Below are positions 28,602-38,289 of a stretch of 64,000 bases of DNA, piece by piece. Below the pieces are notes generated by a model. The model searched no databases and was not told where the DNA came from. It saw only the letters and a list, made by a program, of their open reading frames with translations. Origin of the DNA: Candidatus Delongbacteria bacterium. GTDB lineage: Bacteria; CAIWAD01. The position numbers and the translations under genes were made by a program. Numbering within the stretch: the stretch's first letter is position 1; every line of letters starts with the position of its first letter. The stretch is from contig OY760505.1 in assembly GCA_963663545.1 (NCBI GenBank), positions 1,760,001 through 1,824,000 on the forward strand, read 5' to 3'.

Positions 28602-31232
28602 TCAGATACTCAGCCATTTGCTGACTTTGATCAGGAAAACGTTACGTGGGTGATCGTCGAAAAGCCGGTCCAGGTCTTCGCTCAGATCGAACTCACTTGT
28701 CGCCATGTAATCCTGCCGTCCTTGGGACCAAACGAAGTAACACGTGGACCCGGCAGCAAACTCCCAGCGGAGCACCAAGTTGCTGTTGAACTCCACGTAG
28801 TTGAAGTCTGTTGCGCCGAAGCTATAGTCGACTGCGCCATCCTGGTTTTCGTCAATCTGCCAGACGCCGTCATCTCGCTGAACCTGCTCTTCGTGATACA
28901 CAAGAAGCCGACGCCCCTCGTCTGTTGCTCGTGCATTTAAAACACGTGCTGGGCGGCTGTACGTACCACAGAAGACAAAGGGCTGGGCGTAGTATTGAAG
29001 AGTTAGACAGGGGGTGAAATAGAAGTCGGCGCGCATGGTGAAAGAGAAGCCGCGTTGCTCAAGTCGTGCTACAAAATAGCGGCTCAGCTCGTCTTCAAGG
29101 ATCTCCGTCATGTACTGTTGGTTCCCCGAGTCGTGCCACACCGATGGATTCGCGTCCAGTACGACACGGTCTGAAATACGCCAGGCCACACTGAACCACA
29201 GATCCGTGTGACACAGTTTATTCCCCTCCTCCGCCTTTATCCCACCGCCAATGCCGGCATTCAGGTTGCGGCTCTGATCGGTGTGCATGTTACCGTCCAG
29301 GCTCCAGCGCCCAGGCATTAGCATTGCTGGCCCGCCACGCAAATTCGTTAGTGACACATAGGGCTGAAAGCGCGAAAAATTCAGGCAACTGCTCCAGCGG
29401 TTGATGAAGCTGAAACTGGCGTTGAGGTTGTAGACATCCTGCAGGTGCTCAAAAAAGTAGGTGTAACGGTGCCACAGGTTTGTGTTGATCGACCAACTGT
29501 GAGTGAACCGCGTCGGCTCATTGAAATTCAAACCGGCCCAATTGACGACCTCAAAGAGATTGGCTTGCCGCATGTAACCGACATCATTCAGCTCCAGTCC
29601 CGGGGAGCGCCAGTTGAAGCCCGATTCGAAGCGGAACACGCCCCCCGCCTTTACCAATCGCAAGCTACCACCGTGGCCAACAAGGCTGGTGCGCGGTGAT
29701 ACACTCAAATGGCTGTCGTCGGAGCGCTGATAATTGTGCGTAGTATTGGTTTGGGTTGCGCCAATCGCGTCCTGATCGCCATTGACCCGTGATACACTGA
29801 GATCCGCACGCACGAACCAGTTGCGATTGTCCCAGCGCTGAAGAAAATCCAGACCTCCGCTGAAGGCCTGACGATGCAAACGCGACACCCATTCCTCATT
29901 CAGGCGACGATTGACGGCGGTTCCAAAGAAGGAAAAGCGTCGGTCGGACACTGCCGAATCCTTCTGCAGTCGCAGTGCGCAGTAATTGGTGGCGGGTTCT
30001 ACTTGCACCTCCCGTTCCTGCACACCACTGTCGGTACTTGCGCTGACTCTAGCCTTCTCCTCGGCTGTGACACAATTCAGCAGACCGATCGAGAGGCCAT
30101 TGTTCGTGCGCCCGGTAAGCTTTACCGCTCCCAGAATACTGACTGCGTCCGGCTGCTCAATGCTCTCACCTTCGTTGGCAACTAAATACGAGCTCGGCGC
30201 GTCACCGATTCGCCGCGAGTAGAAGAGGTTGTCCGCCGAGTAGATTCCGCTTGCGTTCGAAGGCGCAACCGTGAACGAGAACAGATTCTGACCTTCGATA
30301 AACAAGGGCCGGTTTTCGCTCAGGCGGCTTTCGAATTCGGTCAGGTTCACTTCCGCGGGATCAGCCTCCACCTGGCCGAAATCCGGGTTGACCGAGACGT
30401 CCATGATGAAGTCGCCGGGCAAGCCGACCTTAGCATCGAGGCCCGCTGCAAACTCGGTGTCACGTCCATCGGTGTACACGTCGTTTACAGGAGCCTCGTC
30501 AAGCTCAAGTTGCCCACGCACAAAGGGCGTCAACTCCACGCCCATCTGCCTGGGCAGCCGTCCCAAGCCACGCAACTCTCCCATGCGGCTGCACCAACCG
30601 GTTACATCACGTGGAATGTGCTGCCAACTGGAACGTTCGTCCAGACGATGTATGCGTCGTGATACTTGAAGTCCCCACACGTGCTGCGGAAGATCGTCGT
30701 AGCGTACCTGACTGAAGGGAATGCAAAATTCGGCGCTCCAGCCCTCGGCATCCTGGCTCGTGCGCCCTATCCAGATCGCGTCCCAGCTCCCGTTCCAATT
30801 GTTATCGAAGCTGATGTACTCATCGCCGCGCACTTCGGAAGCGCTAAGTGTAAAGGAGAAGCCGGTATCGTAGTCGTGTCGACTGTCAAGGTTGACCTCC
30901 ACCCAGTCGCCGGGAAAAGCGTCGTGGCGCGCCAGCATATCGCCAATCTCCTCAGGATGGCTATCGCGGCAGCGGACGGCCACATATATGGCTCGCTCGT
31001 CGTAAAGAATCTTGAACTGCGTTTCTTCGCCAGGTGCCGCCCCATCTACGGGAGTGCGCTGCGTGAAATCCCCCGCCCACTCAACGGCCTTCCACTGCGG
31101 ATCGTCCAGCCGGCCATCAATTTTGGGTGCGTGCTCGCTAAAGCATGTGTGATACACGCGACGTGCAATTTCTTCGCAGAGCGCGCTCTGGCACAGAATC
31201 CCTGCGAGGAAAAGGAGGAAAAGTGATTTCAT
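28602..31232 (-). CDS. DUF5916 / CBM9-like domain outer-membrane protein
   Basis: PKIDGRLDD..W, YDERAIYVA, WSAEFCIPFSQVRY, NPDFGQVEADP, ENRPLFIEG, LFYSRRIG, NLVLRWEF..GS..YFVW. Confidence 0.8.
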   Translation of the reverse strand: MKSLFLLFLAGILCQSALCEEIARRVYHTCFSEHAPKIDGRLDDPQWKAVEWAGDFTQRTPVDGAAPGEETQFKILYDERAIYVAVRCRDSHPEEIGDMLARHDAFPGDWVEVNLDSRHDYDTGFSFTLSASEVRGDEYISFDNNWNGSWDAIWIGRTSQDAEGWSAEFCIPFSQVRYDDLPQHVWGLQVSRRIHRLDERSSWQHIPRDVTGWCSRMGELRGLGRLPRQMGVELTPFVRGQLELDEAPVNDVYTDGRDTEFAAGLDAKVGLPGDFIMDVSVNPDFGQVEADPAEVNLTEFESRLSENRPLFIEGQNLFSFTVAPSNASGIYSADNLFYSRRIGDAPSSYLVANEGESIEQPDAVSILGAVKLTGRTNNGLSIGLLNCVTAEEKARVSASTDSGVQEREVQVEPATNYCALRLQKDSAVSDRRFSFFGTAVNRRLNEEWVSRLHRQAFSGGLDFLQRWDNRNWFVRADLSVSRVNGDQDAIGATQTNTTHNYQRSDDSHLSVSPRTSLVGHGGSLRLVKAGGVFRFESGFNWRSPGLELNDVGYMRQANLFEVVNWAGLNFNEPTRFTHSWSINTNLWHRYTYFFEHLQDVYNLNASFSFINRWSSCLNFSRFQPYVSLTNLRGGPAMLMPGRWSLDGNMHTDQSRNLNAGIGGGIKAEEGNKLCHTDLWFSVAWRISDRVVLDANPSVWHDSGNQQYMTEILEDELSRYFVARLEQRGFSFTMRADFYFTPCLTLQYYAQPFVFCGTYSRPARVLNARATDEGRRLLVYHEEQVQRDDGVWQIDENQDGAVDYSFGATDFNYVEFNSNLVLRWEFAAGSTCYFVWSQGRQDYMATSEFDLSEDLDRLFDDHPRNVFLIKVSKWLSI

Positions 31233-31250
31233 GAGGATTCCCATCGATGC

Positions 31251-31292
31251 AAAAAAGAAGCGCCACCGACTGCTATGAGCCAGTGGCGTTTC
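31251..31292 (-). terminator. Intrinsic terminator ending a structured intergenic region
   Basis: The minus strand reads GAAACGCCACTGGCT...AGTCGGTGGCGCTTC-TTTTTT. Confidence 0.65.
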
Positions 31293-31383
31293 AGATGGTC
31301 ACATGGGACCCTATTCGGAAGTGACCTGCGCGAGCCGCTTCGCTCACACTCCCTCAACAAGCGATATGCACTTTTCGAGTAGC

Positions 31384-34242
31384 CTAGAAGGGCTTGGCCA
31401 GATGAAGCCGCCAATACCAGCGATTACGATCCTCGTTTTCCTCATCCTCAAATGGGTCGGCGAAACTCCACGTTTCTCCCGCATAACCCGCAGCGAAGGC
31501 AAGAATTCCCAGGCCGTCCGCCCCAATCAAACATTGGGCCTCCAGGCCACAGGTCGCCACTGAAGTGGATTCTCCACCCTTGGTGTTCATCACGCCAGCG
31601 TCCCAGAACCAGGCCAGCGCTGTGTGCTCCAGGCCCAGGCCCAGCACTTCGAACAGTTCCAGATTTCCAAGATCAAAGCGGATCTCACCCGTAGCCAAGC
31701 CGTATTGGTCTCCAAGGATGAGACGATCAAGGCCGCGGAACTCTGTGCGCCCGGATGGGGCAAATGGCGAAAGGGGGCGACCATAAAGCGTTCCAAGACT
31801 TGGATCACCGCTGAAAGCCAGCGCACGCTGGACTTCAATCTCCCGCGCAGCCAGATTCTCGCCCCTTACGCGCGCAAACACTTGTAATCTGCGCACGGGT
31901 GTGGGTTGTAGATGGTAGAGGTCCAGCGCCTGCCAGTCGTAATCGGCTTCGCCGTAAAAGTCTGGTCGGGCAAAGGTGGCCACCGCCGACAATCCCGTTC
32001 CACCACCATACGACCAGACGTTATCTGCTTTCGAAAATGGACTGTAGCGCAGGCGCACTTCAGCACCGGCCAGACCCGTTCGCGAATCTACGGGCACTGG
32101 ATATGCAGGATCCAGATCCTCAAGCAAGTCCTCACGGGATTGGATCTTGCTGTCCCAGATGCCAGCCCCGAAGGTTAAAACACCCGAAAAATGCGGGAAG
32201 GCGCTAAGATCCAAACGGCGCGACAGACCGAGTTGGATCGCATTGGAAATCTCCCACATCGCCTGCCCGTCGTATACGCGCACCGCGACATCGCTTTGGT
32301 AACTGGTCGCCAGTACGATATCCCAGTCTGTCATGCGATTGATCAGGATGAGATAGGCACCAGATTCGTCCTCATCCTCATGGCTGTAGGCGGCCGCAGC
32401 CATGACATCGTCCAAAGCCAGTGCATCGGAAAACATCACCATGCCAAAGGCACCACCCGGATAAGGAAGCGCCATCCAGGTTTGCATGCGCATGCGCCAC
32501 CAGCGATATGAGTAAGAAGGCGACAACTCTACCGGTGCATCGGGATTCACCGCAGGGCACTCGATGTCCGGCATTTTCGCGCGCCACTCCTCGAAACGGC
32601 TGCGGTAGTTCAACTGCACGCGTTCTGTGACACGATCCTCTTCCACAAGTAGCAAACGATCGTGGTCGGCTGAATCGGCAGCAAGGGCAACAAACCGCCC
32701 GGATAGTGGAGCTGCCGTGCAGATGGCCATCATGTCTTCGCCCGAATCCGTGATACGAGTCTCATCCTCATCGCTTAGGCAGTAGCTGAATAGATTGGCC
32801 ACGCCATCGCGTGTACTCGTATACACGAGCGTGCTGTCGTTGGTCCACAAAGGATAACGGTCTGCATCTTCGGTGGAAGGATCCACCAGCATCGTTTGTC
32901 CACTCTGAAACTTCAGCAGCTTCAATCCGCGCAATCCGTTCTCGTCGTGAGTCGAGAAGGCCACCCATTCTCCATTGGGCGAAATCACCGGCGAAAAGAG
33001 CTCCTCGTGTCGCACGGCGTGATACACAACAGATTCCGGACTGCCATCGCGACGCAACTCAACGCCGTCCTCCTCGGAGATGTAGTACAGGCTTCCATCG
33101 GAACCATAAACAGGATCGTAGGCGCGCGCGCCGTGTGTCACCCGCCGCTCTGAATCTGTAGACAGGACAAGCTCATGCAAGTCGTATTCAATGGCCGCGT
33201 GTCGATTACGGTGTCTGCGCGCAAATGCGACACGATCACCATCGGGGGAAAGGGCAAACCGACGGTGTAGAGGTCCCGCCGCAAGTCGTGATACATGCTT
33301 TGTGCTATCGGTGCTAATACGATAGAGCGCCAACTCGAAATCCGATTTGTAGCGGCGGCCAGTTGCCAACCAAGCGCTTGAATCCGGCAATAGTCTCATC
33401 CAGGAGACGCGATAGAGTGGAAGATTGAAACGCTGACCGATTTCGCTCACTTCCTCGCGCAAGGCCAAATCTGCGTTGTAGCGCGCCTCCATGACCCGCT
33501 TCCATTCGTTCTCGAACTCTGCAGGCGTCTGGCCGGTTACTTTCTTGAAGGCTGAGGGAAAGCTGTAGTTGTTCGTAAACTTGTTCCGCCAGGAGCAAAT
33601 CTTCACCAAAGTAGAATCGCCATCGCGCCAGGCCAGGTAAAGCACCATCGGCAAGCCCTTGTCGTGAGCCTCCATGGAACTCAGCTCGTTCTCTAATGCC
33701 GCCTGTCGCAGATCACGCTCGCTGCGCAGTGTGTTCCATCGCTCGGTGTAATACTCGGCGAGACCCTCCATCCACCAGCCCGGAATCTCGGCAAACAGGA
33801 TCATGCCCAGTGTGCCGGACCAATCCCTCATGGCAGAAAAAGCCACGATGTGCTGAAACTCGTGGGCGATTACCGTGCGCAGCCACTCATGCTGCATATC
33901 AAACATCTCTGCCGACAGGTTCTGGCGAACAAAAATGCGAATGCTGCCGTCGGGAATGGCCGCACCGTTTACGAACTGATCGCTGTCGCTGATGGCCAGA
34001 TGTGTGCGGCGCTTTGGCTCGTGCTGAAGCTGCTGTGTCACGGGACCGTAAATCTGCTCGGCAACACTAGCTGTCTCTCGGGCCAACTCTTCGAGAGGGG
34101 TCGGATAGTGGATGTAAAAGTGCTCGCTCTCCATTGTTTTCCACTCCAGCTCGCCATGATTGGATTGGGTAAACAATTGAAAACGGGCCAGACCCGGCAA
34201 GGTTGTCAACAGAATCAACAGGCTCAGCAGCAATGCGCGCAT
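31384..34242 (-). CDS. Outer-membrane protein: gluzincin-like metallopeptidase, PD40/TolB-like propeller and probable Omp85-type barrel
   Basis: Signal peptide; W....SEHF.IHY; VIAHEFQH and WWMEGLAEY; SPDGDRVAF and SPNGEWVAF repeats; FRG motif and terminal F. Confidence 0.7.
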   Translation of the reverse strand: MRALLLSLLILLTTLPGLARFQLFTQSNHGELEWKTMESEHFYIHYPTPLEELARETASVAEQIYGPVTQQLQHEPKRRTHLAISDSDQFVNGAAIPDGSIRIFVRQNLSAEMFDMQHEWLRTVIAHEFQHIVAFSAMRDWSGTLGMILFAEIPGWWMEGLAEYYTERWNTLRSERDLRQAALENELSSMEAHDKGLPMVLYLAWRDGDSTLVKICSWRNKFTNNYSFPSAFKKVTGQTPAEFENEWKRVMEARYNADLALREEVSEIGQRFNLPLYRVSWMRLLPDSSAWLATGRRYKSDFELALYRISTDSTKHVSRLAAGPLHRRFALSPDGDRVAFARRHRNRHAAIEYDLHELVLSTDSERRVTHGARAYDPVYGSDGSLYYISEEDGVELRRDGSPESVVYHAVRHEELFSPVISPNGEWVAFSTHDENGLRGLKLLKFQSGQTMLVDPSTEDADRYPLWTNDSTLVYTSTRDGVANLFSYCLSDEDETRITDSGEDMMAICTAAPLSGRFVALAADSADHDRLLLVEEDRVTERVQLNYRSRFEEWRAKMPDIECPAVNPDAPVELSPSYSYRWWRMRMQTWMALPYPGGAFGMVMFSDALALDDVMAAAAYSHEDEDESGAYLILINRMTDWDIVLATSYQSDVAVRVYDGQAMWEISNAIQLGLSRRLDLSAFPHFSGVLTFGAGIWDSKIQSREDLLEDLDPAYPVPVDSRTGLAGAEVRLRYSPFSKADNVWSYGGGTGLSAVATFARPDFYGEADYDWQALDLYHLQPTPVRRLQVFARVRGENLAAREIEVQRALAFSGDPSLGTLYGRPLSPFAPSGRTEFRGLDRLILGDQYGLATGEIRFDLGNLELFEVLGLGLEHTALAWFWDAGVMNTKGGESTSVATCGLEAQCLIGADGLGILAFAAGYAGETWSFADPFEDEENEDRNRWYWRLHLAKPF

Positions 34243-34349
34243 GGTTCACCTCATGTTTGGTGTCAACAAGAAAGCCAAGTCCAAGCGGAATTCCACGGAA
34301 TTCACCTCTCCGGCGTCAAAGGCCGTCGCCGGTGTCAGCTCTAGTTGAC

Positions 34350-34378
34350 AAAAAAGGCGGAACTTCACGATCCGCCTT
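34350..34378 (-). terminator. Intrinsic terminator of the buk-ptb operon
   Basis: The minus strand reads AAGGCGGA-TCGTGAAGT-TCCGCCTT-TTTT. Confidence 0.75.
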
Positions 34379-34398
34379 GATCATCGGCTGTAGCCAGT

Positions 34399-35295
34399 TC
34401 AGGAAATGGCCGCGGCTAGCGCGACAGAATACAGCTTGGACTGGTCATCGTCGGCGCGACTGGTCAGTACTACAGGAGCCGCCGCACCCGCAATGATGGC
34501 GCCGCTCTTTCCGCTGGCCAGATAGATGCACGTTTTATAAAGCACGTTGGCCATATCGATATCGTGAGCCAACAGGATGTCGGCATCACCGGCGACATCG
34601 CTCACAATGCCCTTGATGCGGGCAGCTTCCTTTGATACCGCGTTGTCCAAAGCCAAGGGCCCGTCCACCAGACATTTGCCCAGCTGACCACGGCGGCACA
34701 TCTGCGTCAACACAGCGGCGTCCATTGTCGCAGGCATGGCAGGGTTGACCTTCTCGACGGCGCCAAGCACAGCCACCTTCGGTAGATCGACACCCAACTT
34801 CTGCATGTAGCGAACGGCACTGCGAAGGATGGAAATCTTGGTCTCCAGATCGGGTTCGATGTTCATCGCCGCATCCGTAACAATGAAAAGTTTGTGATAC
34901 GTGGGCAGTTCGAACAATGCGAGGTGATTCAGCACTTCACCTGTGCGCAGACCGTAGTCCTTGTTCAGGATGTGCTTCAAGTAGGCGCCAGAACTCACCA
35001 GTCCCTTCATCAGGATCTGGCAGCTTCCATCGTGCACCGCGGTTACTGCAGCACGAGTGGCGTCACTATCATCGGCGATGTGTACCAGCTCCACCTTGCA
35101 CAGATCGAGTCCAACTTTTTCAGCGATCTCGCGGATGCGTGCTTCGTCACCAAAGAGGGTGAAATCGGCAATGCCTTGTTCGATGGCCTGACGAGCCGCA
35201 CTCAGTACACCGTCATCCTGCGCTACTGCTACCGCCACTCGCCGTTTGTTGCCCTTGCGCGCCAGTTCGATCACATCGGATAGCTTGCGAATCAT
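34399..35295 (-). CDS. ptb: Phosphate butyryltransferase
   Basis: ILMKGLV, TDAAMNI.PDL, AVEKVNP.M..T.DAA, DGPLALDNAVS, VLTSRAD. Confidence 0.9.
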   Translation of the reverse strand: MIRKLSDVIELARKGNKRRVAVAVAQDDGVLSAARQAIEQGIADFTLFGDEARIREIAEKVGLDLCKVELVHIADDSDATRAAVTAVHDGSCQILMKGLVSSGAYLKHILNKDYGLRTGEVLNHLALFELPTYHKLFIVTDAAMNIEPDLETKISILRSAVRYMQKLGVDLPKVAVLGAVEKVNPAMPATMDAAVLTQMCRRGQLGKCLVDGPLALDNAVSKEAARIKGIVSDVAGDADILLAHDIDMANVLYKTCIYLASGKSGAIIAGAAAPVVLTSRADDDQSKLYSVALAAAIS

Positions 35296-35358
35296 TTCGT
35301 CCTCTTCTCTTCGCAACTGTGCCGCCTAAAACGGGGCACCGTCTTGTATCGTCTCAGC

Positions 35359-36432
35359 CTATTCGTACAGGCTGGCCTCTTCGTCACCTCGCAACACACG
35401 CAATGCGCCGTCGCGCAGAGCGGGCATTTCTTCCTCGCCGGGATACACAAGCACCGGAGCGATGAAGCCCACACGCTCCTTGATCCAAACCGGAATGTAT
35501 TTGTCGTAGGCAATGCCGCCGGTAATCACGATCGCGTCCACCTTGCCGCAGGCTACCGTTGCCAAAGCCCCGATCTCCTTGGCTACCTGATACGCCAGCG
35601 CCTTGAAAATCAGCGTAGCTTCAGCGTCGCCCTGCTCAACCTGCGCTTCGACCAAGCGGGCATCATTGGTCCCCAGGTAGGCGACCAATCCACCGGCGCC
35701 TTTGATCTGACGCTTGATCTCGTCGTGCGTGTATTTCCCTGAGAAGCACAACTTGGCAATGCCGCCCACGGGCACACCACCGGAGCGCTCCGGCGAGAAG
35801 GGGCCGTCACCGTCGAGAGCATTGTTCACATCCACCACGCGTCCACCAAGATGGATGCCCACGGAAACCCCGCCCCCCAGATGCGCGACAATCAGCGTCA
35901 AGTCCTTGTAGTCCTTGCCCAGCTCACGTGAAGCGTGACGCGCCACAGCCTTCTGGTTAAGCGCATGGAAAACACTGGCGCGCGGCAAGAGCGGATTGCC
36001 GGAGATCCGGGCGACATCGTCCAATTCGTCGACAACGACAGGGTCGACGATGTAGGCCTTGCAGCCTGCACTTTCGGCAATGGCAGATGCGATCAGCCCA
36101 CCCAGATTGCTAGCGTGCTCGCCGAACCTGGCGCTCTGCAACTCGTCCTTCATGGCCTCATTCACGAGCCATGTGCCTCCGGGAATCGGCTTCAACATGC
36201 CGCCACGGCCAACAACGGCAGACAAGCTCGCGGTATCGATACCGTGCTTCGCTAGATCGTCAAGAATGATTGTGCGGCGAAAGTCATACTGGTCGATCAA
36301 GCGCTTGAAGGGTGCCAACTCTTCTGCCGTATGCGAGTAGCTTTTGCCAAAGACCAGCTCCTCGTTTTCGTAGAGGGCAACCTTGGTTGATGTGGATCCG
36401 GGATTGATCGTCAACACTTTGTAGACGGTCAT
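35359..36432 (-). CDS. buk: Butyrate kinase
   Basis: INPGSTSTK, GRGG, HASNLG, VDPVVVDE, FHALNQKAVA, HLGGGVSVG, GPFSPERSG, PGEEEM. Confidence 0.96.
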   Translation of the reverse strand: MTVYKVLTINPGSTSTKVALYENEELVFGKSYSHTAEELAPFKRLIDQYDFRRTIILDDLAKHGIDTASLSAVVGRGGMLKPIPGGTWLVNEAMKDELQSARFGEHASNLGGLIASAIAESAGCKAYIVDPVVVDELDDVARISGNPLLPRASVFHALNQKAVARHASRELGKDYKDLTLIVAHLGGGVSVGIHLGGRVVDVNNALDGDGPFSPERSGGVPVGGIAKLCFSGKYTHDEIKRQIKGAGGLVAYLGTNDARLVEAQVEQGDAEATLIFKALAYQVAKEIGALATVACGKVDAIVITGGIAYDKYIPVWIKERVGFIAPVLVYPGEEEMPALRDGALRVLRGDEEASLYE

Positions 36433-36527
36433 GCTATCTATCCTTTCTGTTGTTCCAGACAAAAAGGTAACACTCCCGCTGAAGGGAGCAGGTGTACCCA
36501 TACGACGTTCCCAGGCAGAGCGATGTA

Positions 36528-38102
36528 TTACACAGGCTTGCCGCGCGAAAGTCCGCGATGCTCGCTGCGCAACAGATCAAAGACGGTTTTCACGGGCGTA
36601 AAAGTTTCAAGGGGCACTTCAACAAATACCGTGTTCCAACCCGCCATGGCGCCATTCCACAAACCGGGCAGTTCAAGGGTTCGTACAACGCGCCCGCGCC
36701 AGGGTCGAGTTTGCACCAGCCCGGAATCGTGATCCACGTATCGCTGCAGTTCGTACAAATCGCCCAGATGATCGCGCAACCCACAAACCAGATCCACCGG
36801 ATTGAAATAGGTCGCCTGCGAAAGAAGGCGATCGCGATCCTCCTGCTGGATTTGATTCAGTTCAACAATCTGCAGAGAAGGCAGACCATTTGTATCACGG
36901 ACCCAGAAGGGGCCACCACCCGGCTCTCCCTCGTTACGAACCATGCCACAAACCCGCAACGGCCGATGCAAGGCTTCGGTCAACAAGACACGTTGCTCGT
37001 TTGTATCACGCTTATCGAAATCTTCAGGCAAATACCGATTGAGCTGTGCGCGGCAGAAATCGGCCACAGCCGCATACTGTGACACAGGAAGACTGCCGTC
37101 TCCAAGCTGGTACAGAAAGGCAAACACTTGCTCCTGCAGCTCCAGCAAAAGTCCGCAAAGGAGCTTCTTGTATACTGTGGTCGTCTCTTTGTAGCAGTCG
37201 GGGGCGACGTTGTCGATGTTCTTGATGTAGAGGATGTCCGCCTTGAGTGCCTGCATGTTAGCCAGCAGCGCACCATGGCCACCCGGGCGAAACACGAGTT
37301 CGCCGGCATCATCGCGCAAGGGGGATCCATCCAAATTCGCCGCCAGAGTTTCGCTGCGCTGATCCTGCAGCGAATACGTGATACTCACACGTCGTCCGAA
37401 GTGATACAAACGCGTGCGTGCAGCGTCGGCGGCCAACCGGAAAACGCTCTCCTGTTGCGGCACCAGCGTGAAATGGATATGCCCACAGCCCGTGTTGTCA
37501 GCGGCGTAGAGCAGCGTCTCGATGAGCTGCTCTTCCATGGGCGTTCGTACTTCTCCATCAACCCTGTGGAAGGGGATCAAGCCCTTTGGCAAAGCCGCAA
37601 AATTCAACCCCTCAGGTTCCAGCAACAGACGCAGGAGTTCATGCACGCGACCCTCTTCACGCAGCTCGATCAAACTGGAATTGCAATCAGCACAGGCACC
37701 GATCATCGCACCGTGAAAGGCAAAATCCTCCAGCCGCTCAAGGAAAAGCCGCACCCGTTCCGCATCGTGATTGCCAGCTGCGGCCAAGGCGTCCAGCTCC
37801 TCCCAGGAGGAGCAAGGATGGTTGTGCAGAATATTGAGCAGCGACTGAAACATGCGGGATGCCGCTCCCGACGCTGGCACGAGCTTACTCAGACGATTCT
37901 CGCGCAAGGCGCGATGCCAGCGCGAGAGCAGGGGCGCGTGCTGCCAGGGCTCGATGAGCCGGATGCCATCGCCCAGGCCTGCGCTGCGTAACATGGGAAT
38001 CGCCCGTGTGCCGCGCTGAATCAGATCGAGCTGACGCTTGGCCTCTGTGTGGTCAATTCCGCGCTGCTGAAGGATGTAGCGGTCGTGGCTACTGAAATCC
38101 AT
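36528..38102 (-). CDS. DUF4301 family protein (nucleotidyltransferase-like)
   Basis: VPASGAASRMF, LPKGLIPFH, FRPGGHGALL, IKNIDNV, RVCGMVRNEGEPGGGPFW, ELPGLWNGAMA.W.TVFVEVP..TF.PVKTV.DLL. Confidence 0.88.
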   Translation of the reverse strand: MDFSSHDRYILQQRGIDHTEAKRQLDLIQRGTRAIPMLRSAGLGDGIRLIEPWQHAPLLSRWHRALRENRLSKLVPASGAASRMFQSLLNILHNHPCSSWEELDALAAAGNHDAERVRLFLERLEDFAFHGAMIGACADCNSSLIELREEGRVHELLRLLLEPEGLNFAALPKGLIPFHRVDGEVRTPMEEQLIETLLYAADNTGCGHIHFTLVPQQESVFRLAADAARTRLYHFGRRVSITYSLQDQRSETLAANLDGSPLRDDAGELVFRPGGHGALLANMQALKADILYIKNIDNVAPDCYKETTTVYKKLLCGLLLELQEQVFAFLYQLGDGSLPVSQYAAVADFCRAQLNRYLPEDFDKRDTNEQRVLLTEALHRPLRVCGMVRNEGEPGGGPFWVRDTNGLPSLQIVELNQIQQEDRDRLLSQATYFNPVDLVCGLRDHLGDLYELQRYVDHDSGLVQTRPWRGRVVRTLELPGLWNGAMAGWNTVFVEVPLETFTPVKTVFDLLRSEHRGLSRGKPV

Positions 38103-38289
38103 GAAATGCGTACCCTCATAATTTGCTTCCAAGGTCGGAAAATGCTCTTGCACTGCCGAACATTTCACTGTTGTGATACATGGTTTTCAAAATTCTGATA
38201 CGGATCAAAGCAGAAGAAAAGGTCAAATCGACACGTTTCATCACAATTGTCTTGTTATCTTGGCCGGACGAATCTCCGGGGGATACAGC

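Noticed and set aside
34285..34305. Tandem CGGAATTC direct repeat
   Set aside because: Only two 8-bp copies, with no other supporting occurrence in a similar context; plausibly chance.
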